A DNA stretch of 64,000 nucleotides, from the NCBI RefSeq assembly GCF_035594765.1, contig NC_085843.1:21219955-21283954 (forward strand). Direction: 5' to 3'. Positions 12,745 to 24,466 of the stretch are shown here, piece after piece. The position numbers were made by a program, and so were the translations under genes. Source of the DNA: Anolis carolinensis. Taxonomy: Eukaryota. How positions within the stretch are numbered: the first letter of the stretch is position 1; each line of letters starts with the position of its first letter. The notes beneath the pieces are model-generated. The model saw only the letters and a program-made list of their open reading frames with translations. It had not been told where the DNA came from and ran no database searches.

Positions 12745-14229
12745 GAATAGGATGCTTGCTGACATTTTTAACAATGATCATAAATAGGATACAGAAACTG
12801 ATAGTGTGAGGAGAGGAATCTTGAGCAAATAAGTATAAAACATTCTTTTAGTAAAAATGAGCCTATTTTCTTTAAATGCTTACTGGAAATCAACTGCAAA
12901 CAGAGGCAGAACAACAGCTGTAGGTAGGAGACTTTTGGATCTTGGGCTCATTATCCAGATGGATGATGGCTATCCAATTAAATTTTATTGTGGAAGTGTG
13001 AAAAGGGATGAAAGAGCAAACATTCCATTAGCTGTCTTGCATCATCATTTACCTGAAGAGTGAATTATGTATATGTAGTTCAAAACACCACTAATTAATT
13101 TTAGAGATGTTTCTCACTTTTTTTCCTGTTGACCTGCTAATAAACTAGGGATCTCAATTTCAGAAAGGAAGAAGTCTTGTTTAAAAATGTATCTGCATGA
13201 GCAGTTTGGGAAGAGGGTAGTTCACTCATGCCGGTGTCAAACACTTTACCTGCCAACCCAACTAATGGAGAATTATATTGGAGAGCTAGAGGGCTATTGA
13301 AAGAAATGAGATAGACAGACCACTCCACAACAGACACAAGTGAATTAACGGTGATGAACCCGATTAGAGTGGATTTGCAGTGTCACTTTGAATATACTCC
13401 AGTCTCATTCATCTTGCTGCACCTGAGCTGTCATTGTGCCACCACTTAAAAAGCATTTAAGCTCTTTAAATTTGATGATGAATTTTGGTGTTTGGGAAGA
13501 GAGATTCGATGGAAGGGTAATCCACTCTGTAAGAAGACCTGACTTCAGTCTTGTGGCTGAAGCATTTTCACTCCAGCCTCTGCTGCTAGTCTTGACTCAG
13601 GGAAAGAGTTCAGATGGCTGGCCAAATGCCAGCCTCTCTAAATTTATCTGCATTATGCAAATGACAGGACTCCCATGACCTACTGAACAAAACCATAATC
13701 TGTTGCTTGGTGTTTGCTAGTTCTAAAATTAAAAATAGCCGATAGAGAAGAAGAAATTTTACAATTAAAAAAAAAACAGAGATAAAGACTAAAGAGCAAA
13801 ATCAGAGTTGGAGATATTTCAGATAAGTTAGCAGCATGAACTTGTCATTGTACCTAACTGCTCTAAGGTCAAAGAAATTTAACATGCCAGGAGGGCAGAA
13901 ATCTTGGAAGAGTTAGGATTCCCATGTATTGATTTCTCTGCATCTTTACCATTTCTTTTCCATTGCTGAAAACAGTAAGGCCATCACTTAACATAGCTCT
14001 GCAGTTGATCTAAACGTTTCTCCATACTTGGACAGAGCTAAGAAAGCAAAGAATACTCAAAAATATTCTCACTGTTGATAAGAAGGAAAGATCTTGATAT
14101 AACAGGATGCCAATTATCAATAATAAATATGCAGTGAACCTACAGATGGGATTTAGAATTTTTCTTAGAGTCATGGCCAAACATTAACAATTGTTTGTTG
14201 GTGTGAAAGAGTTAACTGTTAATTACATA

Positions 14230-14473
14230 CAATTTGATGATGGAATGGCCACGGGCTATAATTTTTGGATGATGTGATTCTAATACTGAATGTAACTGTT
14301 TTTAAATGCTTTAATTGGTTAATATGTGTTAATTTTAAAAATGTAACTGTTTTTCAGTCATTGTTTGTATGTTTTCAAGGCATCTAATGGTTGCCATATG
14401 TAAGCCACCTTGAGTCTCCTTCGGGGTGGAGAAAGGCAAGGTAGAAATAAAGTAAATAAATAAATAAATAAAT
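14230..14473 (+). mobile_element. L2 3' UTR/tail
   Basis: TGTAAGCCACCTTGAGTCTCCTTCGGGG..AAATAAA(TAAA)n; a similar tail lies at 27385-27472. Confidence 0.7.
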
Positions 14474-14477
14474 ATTT

Positions 14478-14680
14478 TGGGTGTTGTGTGGTTTCCAGGT
14501 TGTATGGCTGGGTTCTAGCAGTTTCACCTGCATCTGTGGCTAGCATCTTCAGAGGATCCTCTGGAGATGCCAGTCACAGATGCAGGCAAAACATCAGGAG
14601 GAAATTCTGCTAGAACATTTCCATACAGCCAGAAACCACATAACATCCCAGTGATTCTGGCTGTGGAAGCCTTCAACAAA
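14478..14680. mobile_element. Penelope (Poseidon-type) pLTR remnant with head-to-head inversion
   Basis: Inverted arms around GAGGATCCTC (14552-14561), then GTGATTCTGGCTGTGGAAGCCTTCAACAA; a similar remnant lies at 58612-58731. Confidence 0.8.
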
Positions 14681-15060
14681 ACCTGTTGATTGCTTTTTGC
14701 ATTCACTTTACAGTCTAGGGATGAGAAAATATATGGTGACTGAAAACCAGTTGAGGGGAGCAGAATGTTTTTGTTGCTACTTGCTTGCATGGTTTACATA
14801 GCTATTAGGGGAGAGATGGATCATATCTGGATACTTTGATTTTATTTGTTTGGTTTTGTATGACGTATAAAATCCTGGATGCCCATCTCCATTGGTTTTG
14901 CCTTGCAGAGCTGTGTACCCCAGACAAAGTATCCTCTATATATCCAGCAATGAGGAATTTTATTTTTATCAAGGGCATAAGACTGAATAGAATAAGTCTG
15001 CCATTGGCTCTGTTGGACCCCATCAATGAAAGGGCTAGAATTAATATCTGTTTTGAATTA

Positions 15061-15382
15061 CAGTAGAGTTTCACTTATCCAACACTCGCTTATCCAACGT
15101 TCTGGATTATCCAACGCATTTTTGTAGTCAATGTTTTCAATATATCATGATATTTTGGTGCTAAGTTCGTAAATACAGTAATTAGTACATAGCATTACTG
15201 CATATTGAACTACTTTTCTGTCAAATTTGTTGTCTAACATGATGTTTTGGTGTTTAATTTGTAAAATCATAACCTAATTTGATGTTTAATAGGCTTTTCC
15301 TTAATCTCTCCTTATTATCCAACATATTCGCTTATCCAACGTTCTTCCAGCCCATTTACGTTGGATAAGTGAGACTCTACTG
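15061..15382. mobile_element. Tc1/pogo-type MITE, same family as 6876, opposite orientation
   Basis: Same TIRs, TA TSD. Confidence 0.9.
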
Positions 15383-16568
15383 TATTTCAACAATAACATT
15401 GTCAGTGTCCATTTTTAAAGCATATACCACAGTTTTGGTATGAAACAGTGTGTCCTGGCACACTAAGACATCCCTTCAAAAAATGGTCAGCCATAATGAA
15501 ATTTTTCACATTGGAGGATATCTTTATGAAAAAACTGTGCAAAGATGCCTTTATTTTCCAATCTTCCCCCTCTTCCCTTGCATGTGTATACACATATTCC
15601 TCAATTTCTTAGTCAAAGTTCTTGAAGCACACTTGTGGGAATGGGGCTTGGTTTGGTTCACCAAAATCTTGAGGAGATGGCGTCTCTTTATGGTCCAAGA
15701 GATATCCATGCTATTTCCTATTCATGCAAAATGCCATCATCTTCTATACAGAGGGCAATATTACCGCAGCAAGGAAGCAAATAAGCCCCTCCCTCAATTT
15801 TATGGAGGATTCCTAAAGGGAGAAATAGGCTAGTATAAACTGAGCATGGTCAATTACCATGAAGTGCTGACTGAAAGGCAGAACACCTTATTTCTTTAGT
15901 GTTCATTCTCTTTTTATTTATTTCACCATAACGCATACAGAGAAAATTAAGACATTTGCACTAGGAAGGATACTGAGTGAATTAAATACTAGAGATCCTT
16001 AGCTAGCTTGATAGGAAATTGAAGAGGAGGAAAAAAAAATATGACCTTAGTATTTGTCACCTCAGCGAATCACATTGTTCCACTGGCCCAGTGATGCGTA
16101 GAGCTGGAAATAACGAAGATGAGTACAATAGACTTTCCCACAGACTGAGTTTTCCAGGCCATTTAATTCTCTCCAGTGCCTTGAGAGCCTTTCCAACACA
16201 GTTAATGATAATAAATTGTCACATTATCCTGTCCATGGTGACCTGTTTGGTGACATGCCAAAATATTCTTTCTACACAAAGCCAGATCCAGGTGGAATGA
16301 GGAAATACTTTTAAAGACAGGTAAAATGTACTCAGTCAGGGGAACGACAATAAATTGCCTGTCCTGGCAACAATACTGAAAACCTCTTTATTAATACCTA
16401 ACAATGGCCAACCTATTGTTGGGAAAATATTCTCAGAGCTCAAGGGCTTTCCTTGCCATTTTCTTCAGATTTTCCTGAGGAGGAACCGCAAATGCCAGAA
16501 CAAAATATTTTAACTAAGATTGGGGAACAATTTGAGCTACAAATTATTTAGCTTACTATTACCAGTAA

Positions 16569-16900
16569 GGAGCCCCTGGTGGTGCAGCAAGTTAAACCAC
16601 TGAGCTGCTGAACTTGCTGACTGAAAGGTCAGTGGTTCGAATCCAGGGAGCAGGGTGAGCTCCCAATGTTAGCCCCAGCTTCTGCCAACCTAGCAGTTCG
16701 AAATCATGCAAATGTGAGTACATCAATAGGTACTGCTCTGGTGGGAAGGTAACAGTGCTCCATACAGTCATGCCAGCCACATGACCTTGGAGGTGTCTAC
16801 AAACAATGTCGGCTCTTCGGCTTAGAAATGGAGATGAGCACCAACCCCCAGAGTCGGACAAAATGAGACTTAAAGTCAGGGGAAAACCTTTACCTTTACC
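16569..16900 (+). mobile_element. Sauria SINE, full length
   Basis: tRNA head with B box GGTTCGAATCC, (ACCTTT)n tail, TSD TATTACCAGTAA/TATTACAAGTAA. Confidence 0.95.
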
Positions 16901-17354
16901 TATTACAAGTAATCCAACAAAGATGGACAATAATACATGCTTGTGGTCTTTGTATTCCAAAACTTGGGACGAGGGACTTCATTGAGGAGGGTCTTCATCT
17001 CCAGTTTAACATTTATATGTAGAAACATTCTTGATGTGGAAACTTCTCTTTAAAAAGTCAAGGATCATGCATGAAATCTCCAACATGATGCAACATGTAT
17101 CATGGACACTCAAGAAAATAGGAAGCTACTTATGTTTAGTTCATTTAATCCAGTATTGTCATCTCTTCCCTGATGGTATTCTCAGCTTGGCCTAACTTCC
17201 TAAATCAGTCAAGCTCAGGCATTTACAAGCTCAGGTATGGTTTCTAATCATATTTCTGAATGCTTGAATAACTCTGATAGCAAATCTAAAGCTAAATCTC
17301 ATAGAGTAGTTCCTACTCCTGCCATCACTGTATATTATGTTTATTGCAGGTGAA

Positions 17355-17557
17355 GGAATCATAGAATCATGGAGCAGAAAGGGATTGCAGGAGCAGTCAA
17401 ATCCAGCCCCTTGCCATACAGGGATATACAGTTTAAACACTCCTGAAAGTTGGCTCTACAACTTCTGTTTAAAGACCTCTAAGGAAGAGAATCATAGAAT
17501 AGTAGAGTTGGAAGAGACCTCATGGGCCATCCAGTCCAACCCCCTGCCAAGAAGCAC
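17355..17557 (-). mobile_element. Two adjacent CR1 3' tips
   Basis: GAATCATAGAATC octamer tails at 17356 and 17489, each followed by CR1 3' UTR sequence. Confidence 0.75.
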
Positions 17558-18312
17558 TAGTCCACCTAACTAGTCCTAACTAGTCCACCGCCCTCCAGAG
17601 CAATCTGTTACCTCCAGTACAATTTTTGCCACTCTATATGAAGCTTCCTCCTTGTTGGGTGGGGGAAGAGGACAGGGACCAGCTAAAATGTATATTAGAA
17701 AGGAGAGAGCATACACCTACTCCCAGGCTATGACAAATAATATAAGTACACATGAAAAAATGTGAAGAGAAGAAAAATGGAGGGAAGTCTTGTTTCTGTA
17801 TTCCACTTGGATATCCTGTGATAAAAGGGTCAGGATAACTGGTGTGAGGTCAACTTGCACACCTCTACTTCATTTAGACTCCTAACCTACAGTGTATTAC
17901 TGTATAGTCTGGGGGCATAATTCATCTTGTCTCAGATTCTGTAAGTGTCCTATCATGTCTTTTTTTCTGCCCCTTGTTTCCACTTGAGTGAAATGCAGAG
18001 ATATGAAAGCCATTTCATATCTCTGCCTTTTGCTCAAGTGGAAATGAGGATGGATTTCGCTTACCCTATTAGGAGGAATGATTCCTATAATCTCTTACTC
18101 TTTCTAAAGTTTCTCAAGACAGCTATTATGTTACATGAGTTAGAAGACATTCTCAAAGTTGTACCATTCAATTTTTATGCTAGTTTTGAATTCTGAGATG
18201 TTACCCATAATAGCTAGGCTTGATACTGCCATTGAGAATCCTTGGGTGGCTGTCAAGGCCCAACAACAATGAACCTAATCCTCCCTTGTTGTAAGAGGGA
18301 TATTATCTAGAA

Positions 18313-18446
18313 CAGTGGTTCTCAACATGTGGGTCCCCAGGTGTTTTGTCTTACAACTCCCAGAAATCCAAGACAGATTACCAGCTGTTAGGATTTCTGG
18401 GAGTTGAAGGCAAAAACATCTGGGACTCACAGGTTTAGAACCACTG
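18313..18446. mobile_element. hAT-Charlie MITE
   Basis: CAGTGGTTCTCAAC TIRs; TSD ATCTAGAA/CTCTAGAT. Confidence 0.88.
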
Positions 18447-19187
18447 CTCTAGATTGTCTTCAGCATAGTTTTATGTTGGGCATTATTAGAAATTTGAATG
18501 ACAATTCCAAGCTGCTGTGGTGCTTATCATAGCACTGCTTTCCTTGCCAAGGAATGAAAATAATTCTTGCACATTTTCTTAACCTTGAAATTCGTATTTG
18601 CATGATGTGTGAGAGAGAGAGACGCAACAGCCAGAAAGCTATTGTCTTATGTATACAACATTTTTTCTGTAAGAGATGGCATTTTTATCCAATGCAGAAT
18701 ACCTGTGGACAATGTGCAGGATATGGCCAACATGCAACTATTTTGACTACCAAGTGTGGCCTATTGAATCATTCAGATGGCACCATCCCCAATTTAAAAT
18801 TTTGATGGCCAATTTTTCCTTAAAGAAAATTGGATACTGAGAGTTTGCATCTGCAACCTATCAGAACAGAGCCCAGCCAACACAATGGGATGTAGAATTT
18901 GTGTTCCATGGGTGGAAGGGCTCTGATCATAGAAGGTACCTCTGTCTGATTTTCAGGGATTCTCCCATTCTGATCTTACAGCAAACTTTATTTAGCAGCC
19001 TCACAACCCAGTAAAAGCAACATATGTCAAAGTAAAAGAGAATGTTGAGACTCTTCTTTTTTCCCCCTGCCTGCCTGTAAAGTTATTATCAGGATTATCA
19101 TTCTGTAGATATTATCTCATGGAAGCCATGCAAATGATCACTGAGTACTGTTTTCCTCTTATTGAATTACTGGACAGGATATACATT

Positions 19188-19277
19188 CTGCCATACTACC
19201 TTGAGAACATACAATCTTGCCTTATTTCAAAAGCTAAGCAAGGCTGGGCCTAGTTAGCAATCAGATGGGAGATTGCC
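19188..19277 (+). pseudogene. 5S rRNA-derived sequence (pseudogene or 5S-SINE head)
   Basis: GCCATACTACCTTGA...ATCTTG...AAGCTAAGCAAGGCTGGGCCTAGTTAG...GATGGGAGATTGCC is collinear with vertebrate 5S rRNA from about nt 8 to 95; CpG-decayed, 3' end missing. Confidence 0.8.
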
Positions 19278-20659
19278 AAAGGTAAGGACCAATTAGCTTA
19301 AATCAAGTAATTTTTCAATTAAATTGGCAAGTTTTATAATGAAAAGGGGCAACTTAATTAAATTTATTTTTGAACTTGATTGATCGACTTAAGTTGAAAT
19401 GTAAGCATTAATTTATTAGCTTAATTCCTGAATTAAGTTATTAATTAACTTACTAATTAATTAAATGAGAAACACTGCTAAAGAGCCAATACATTTAATA
19501 TTGTCCAGCTGTTTCTTTTATTAGTTAGTCAATTATTGTATTCTAGTTTATTCTTAGGTATGTTGGTCTATTTAAAAGGTTAAACCAAAAAGTGACAAAG
19601 GCAGTTTGGAAGAGGACAGCATTCTTTGGTTCAGATAGTTCTCCTATGGTCTTCATAAGACATGATACAGAAATTTCTGATTTTTCTAGGGAGCTAAATT
19701 CAGAAATTTAATCCTGGACTTCGTGTTGTAATTAAGGGTGGTACTTTTTGGTTCCCTTGAAACATGTTTGTTCCTAATGCACACTTGTTGAATGCACTGA
19801 TGTGAGTGATGCTTGCATGAAGTCCTTGGGTACTCCCTTTTTTCGACATATGCCATTTACAGACAAACTCCGTTTCAGAAAATAAAAAAACTCTCAAAAG
19901 TCTAGAAACTTTAAGAAAAAAAGTTGATCTTAATTGAAGGTTCCTGTTTGATCGAAGGATCTAATACATCTATAGAGAAAGCAATTCATTGTTAAGTGTG
20001 CTCTCACTCCATTCTTCAATCAACAAAAACACTGCCTCCTTATGGGTCTTTCATCAAACTGTCAATTATTAAAGGAGCTGTTCCTCTTTTTGCTTTGTAC
20101 TGAATAATATCTCGTGAGAATGACCTGCAGCTTTTGGCTGTTATATTCTTCCTCTGCTGCTGTGTTAAAAGTACTAATTCCAAATTAATGACAGAAAGTT
20201 ACATCCCCCATCAGCCCCAATATAAAAACAAATACAGGCATTGTTAAAGGCACAATAAGACCTATCCTCCAGTGCATACTTATACATAGCCAATACAAGC
20301 ATCTTAATATAAAAAATAAAAATGAAATGTGGCAGGATTCATACTCCTGACAGCATGGGATCCATCTGCTCTCCTATATCAAACTGTCTGCTAGACTAAG
20401 CAGTAAGCTGGTTGTCCATCTGTCATTTCTAGAAGTGTAGTTTCACTGGATTTTGCTGCCTGTTTTCAGGTCACTTGGGGATTTATGAAATGATTTGAAC
20501 AGAAACCTGAATCTGGTTGTTTCAGGTGTTGATTTGGGCCGTGGAATTGCAGTTCTTTGAATGGCATCATGCATTGCATATTGGTAGAGGAACATACTGG
20601 ACCTTGTAGTGCTATCATGGCTACCCTACAGATGCTGTATATTAATTAATATAATCCAA

Positions 20660-20890
20660 GTGATTGGCCATGCATTCTGGGAGAAAGCTGGAGCATGTGT
20701 AGTGATCAGTGGATTTTTGATAGAGCACAGTGCTTAGAAGTCCATTGTGGAGTTCCACAGTGTTTCAAGAAAATAAATGTGTTGTTTTGATTGTTTCAGG
20801 ATCACAATGATGATAAAGTGGAAGTCGTTGAAATCCTGGTGGAATGTCTTAAGTGATTGGTTTCCATGTGGCTTAATTACAACATAAATA
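20660..20890 (-). mobile_element. Ancient Penelope RT fragment
   Basis: Frameshifted minus translation ...TFHQDFNDFH...HIYFLET..VELHNGLLSTVLYQKSTDH resembles the PLE RT thumb (FLD/..LYRKPTD). Confidence 0.6.
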
Positions 20891-21487
20891 TTAAGAAATC
20901 ATAGGTAGAGGTGATAATTTTTGGGTGTATGTGCTGAAAATATTTGCTTACTAGGCTTGATCGATCCACGAAAAATTTGATTCTAAACTCGTTTCAAAAC
21001 TAGAGGGGGGCAGCTTTTCGTTTCTGATGGTATTTCCGAATTTGGCCCCCCAAAAAATTCGAAATTAACGAAAATTCGTTATTTTCTAAATTAATTCGTT
21101 AATGGCGGACGTGCATGCGCAATTCCCAAAAACAGCACAGAGGGAGAGGACTTTACAGGACTCTCCAACCCTCATTTTTTGAGTGATCTTCTTCCAACTT
21201 GGTACAGTGGTAGAACACATTTAACACTGATAGCTCACCAAAATTTGGAACGTTTCCCTTATCCTCTGATTTTTGGCGAATTTTCATAGCTTTTATAATA
21301 AACCATTTTTTAATTGCAGAAATCTGTTCCTGGTTTGAAAGTCTTATTTCCTGTTAAATTGGGTTGTCTTTACTGTGAAAGTCATTGTTCTACTTCAGAA
21401 ACTTTGTTTTTGTGGCTGAAACTTTGTTAAATTGGTGTGTGTGTGATATATACTGTGTATATATAATATATATATAGTCCCTGCATA

Positions 21488-21530
<43 letters not shown>

Positions 21531-21532
<2 letters not shown>

Positions 21533-21860
21533 GGTAAAGGTAAAGGTATCCCTTGACGTTAAGTTCAGTCATGTCTGACTCTGGGGGTTGGTGCTCATCT
21601 CCTTTTCTAAGCCCAAGAGCCAGTGTTGTCCATAGACACCTCCAAGGTCATGTGGCCGGCATGACTACATGGAGTGCCATTACCTTCCCGCCAGAGCGGT
21701 ACCTATTGATCTACTCACATTGGCATGTTTTCAAGCTGCTAGGTTGGCAGAAGCTGGAGCTAACAGCGGGCACTCACTCTGCTCCCGGGATTTGAACCTG
21801 GGACCTTTCGGTCTGCAAGTTCAGCAGCTCAGTGCTTTAACACACTTCGCCATCGGGGCT
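21531..21860 (-). mobile_element. Sauria SINE nested in the hAT element
   Basis: Full SINE body and (AGGTAA)n tail beside a (TG)n tract at 21489-21528. Confidence 0.92.
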
Positions 21861-21966
21861 CATGTATATATAATATACATACACATACACACAATGTGGA
21901 GAATATGTGGAAAGGTAGATAGATAAGTTGGGAGCCACAGCGAAGGCACCTTCCTGGGAGCAAGGT

Positions 21967-22017
<51 letters not shown>

Positions 22018-22159
22018 CCCTTACAATATCCAAGATGGCTCACTGCTACAGAATCTTGGGAGGTTTAGTTTGATATGGTACCATTATTGGCAGAGAAAGC
22101 TAAGCTGTAGGAGTTGAAATCCAATCATTTATCCTCCCTATAGAATCAATTTTATATGC

Positions 22160-22447
22160 ATTTTTAGCTACAGAAAAGCTAAAATCAGGACAGTAAAAGA
22201 ACAACACCCAGAAAATGGGAATTCCAGACAGGAAACAATCAGGGCCAGCTAATACCTCCCAACAAAGGATTCCCCCAGGTAGGAAGCAGCCAGGCTTTGA
22301 AGCTGCAAGGCTATTCAATGCTAATCAAGGTGACCAATTGCAACATTCACACTTGCCTCCCACAGACAAGAGTTCTTTCTCCCACCCTGGACCTTCCACA
22401 GATATATAAACCCCACTTGCCTAGCTTCGCACAGACGTCAAAACCTC
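22160..22447 (+). mobile_element. Penelope pLTR/3' region fragment nested in the hAT element
   Basis: AAAATCAGGACAG...AACAATCAGGGCCAGCTAA...GATATATAAACCCCACTTGCCTAG matches the squamate Penelope terminal repeat as I remember it. Confidence 0.7.
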
Positions 22448-22665
22448 ACCGCCGGGCCCCTCTCTGTCTCTCTCAGTCTCTCCATTCCTGGCTCCATCCG
22501 CCGCCTTCCCGCCTCACAGAGAGACACCAGGCCTGAGCTGAGGCGAGGCGGCGGCGGCGGCGGCCATTTCCCCCCTCCGTCTTCCTCCTCCTCCTCGGCC
22601 TCCTTCCCCCTCGCCCCCTCCCATTGGCTGAGCCCGTGACGCCCCTTTTGCTGAGGGGCAAAAGG
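22448..22665 (-). promoter_or_regulatory. CpG-island promoter/first-exon-like cassette inside the hAT element
   Basis: On the minus strand, in order: CGTCA, AGCCAATGGG (CCAAT box), GGGGGCGAGG (GC-box-like), AAATGGCCGCC (YY1-like, ATG), (GCC)n, then GCG|GTGAGG. Confidence 0.55.
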
Positions 22666-24466
22666 AAAGGGCCTGAATGGTGGGAGTTTGGGTGATTTGC
22701 AAAAGCTGTTTTTTCCTAACGAAAAAAACGACGACATAACGAAAAACGGCCTCTCGCGATTCGAAACCGCGATATCCAGACGTGTGGACAACCAATGCTT
22801 CAAAATTGCTTCAAAACAAACGAAAATAACGAATTAATAACGGTTAACGGGGAAAACGAATTATTTGAGCAAGCCTATTGCTTACTATAGTGCAATTCTA
22901 GTGCCTATTGGCTTGGAGTTAAATATTGTTCCCAAATGTAAAGTAGCTATGAATAGGTACAAAGTAGCCTTGTTCAAACATATAGCTCAATTTTGCTGGC
23001 TTATGTGATCCTCCCACATCACATTCTTAGTATGTATTGAGGGGAAATCTAGACACAACATATATATCAGTGTCTCCAAATTAGCCCTGTTGTTCAGCCT
23101 CTCTTAGAAACAGTTGCCAAACTCCAGCTCTAGTAATAGTTCATTGCTTACTCCTGGATAAATTTGTCCTTCAAATGTTTCTAGGTATATTATCTCATGA
23201 ATACCCTTCAGCATAAACAAGGACAGCAATGCCAGTATTTTGAATCTTTATCTTGTAATGACTTCCATCATTTTTTAAACTTCCAAGCAAAGTAATTTGA
23301 TCCACCCTAGTGATGTGCAGAATGAAGCTTCTCTGCATATCACTAGCATGGATCAAATTGCTTTGCATTGAAGTAAGAAAAGAAATCTCACAGTTTTCAG
23401 GATTTTGACCTGACCATTAGGAATTCTCCAACTCCCACCAAGAGATCTTGTTTTCAAGGTATGTCCAAGACTCCAAGAACTTCTTTCACTATCCTTTCTG
23501 TGGGTTTAATAAAATGTCTCTATGGAAAATAGTACCTTTCTTTTTGTCAAGATAAGCAAACACATAGAGAGAACAAACACTAGAAGGTATGGCAACTGAT
23601 CGTACAGATACAAACAATTCATCCGACATTCTCTAAATTTATTTTTTATTTTGATTAAGCCATAATTCAAATTCAATGACAACTAATTGATTTATGGAAC
23701 TCATTTTCATTCCCATTTCAACATGTCCCACAAGAGATTTTGTTATTCTGTGAAATCCTCTTTTCACTGATCTTGAAATTCATTGAGGATTTTTCTTGGG
23801 CAAAAACATGCATTCGATCTTGAACTTTGCTTGAGGTGAACTCTTGCCTTTTCACCTCTTGAATCTTAGTTCAACTGTGCAAAGGTGAGTGTACTATATA
23901 AAAAAGTCAGATATATTCTAAACTCATTGCTTCTGAGAGTTCAAAAGTTGTATTTAAAAAAAATGCCTTATGTAAATGAAAAACAAATCTTCCTAAAGCC
24001 TAAGCTTGTCAGTTTGGTTTAAGTATTTCCGGTAAGATTAATTGAAACAGCATTATTGGGGGAAATGCAACCCACACACATTTACCTCAGAAGACATAAC
24101 CACAGTTCTTATTTCATGCACAAACAGCTAACATAAAAAGGTCTGGCATGTTCCTTCCTAAAAGCAATACAGCAGCTAAAGGCTATGTTTTTCAGAACAG
24201 CATGCCTGGAGTTAGTTATGATACAACTCCAATTAACATTAATGAGATCTGTGATAATAATCGTTCTTGCATGGTTGTTAAAATGCACCTCCAAGGTCTA
24301 TAGAGGACATGATCAGCTTAGGCAAAATACACTTAAAATAAACATGAAACAGCTATACAATGGGAATGATATCCTCATTACCAAATTTTGTAGAACTGTG
24401 CATTACTTAGAATAATACAACTATGCCAAGAAATAATGTGTGTGTGTGTGTGAGTATGTGTATGGC

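Larger units (their letters stand above)
20952..22877. mobile_element. Composite non-autonomous hAT transposon (TAGG termini)
   Basis: Imperfect TIRs TAGGCTTGATC / GAGCAAGCCTA; perfect 8-bp TSD TTGCTTAC (20944-20951 and 22878-22885); CpG-rich subterminal AACGAA motifs; nested cargo. Confidence 0.9.

Noticed and set aside
23845-23890. 15-nt microexon candidate (TTAG|TTCAACTGTGCAAAG|GTGAGT) and AG|GT recursive-site look-alikes at about 19558 and 34406
   Set aside because: Expected by chance in 64 kb; no host gene or conservation evidence is available.
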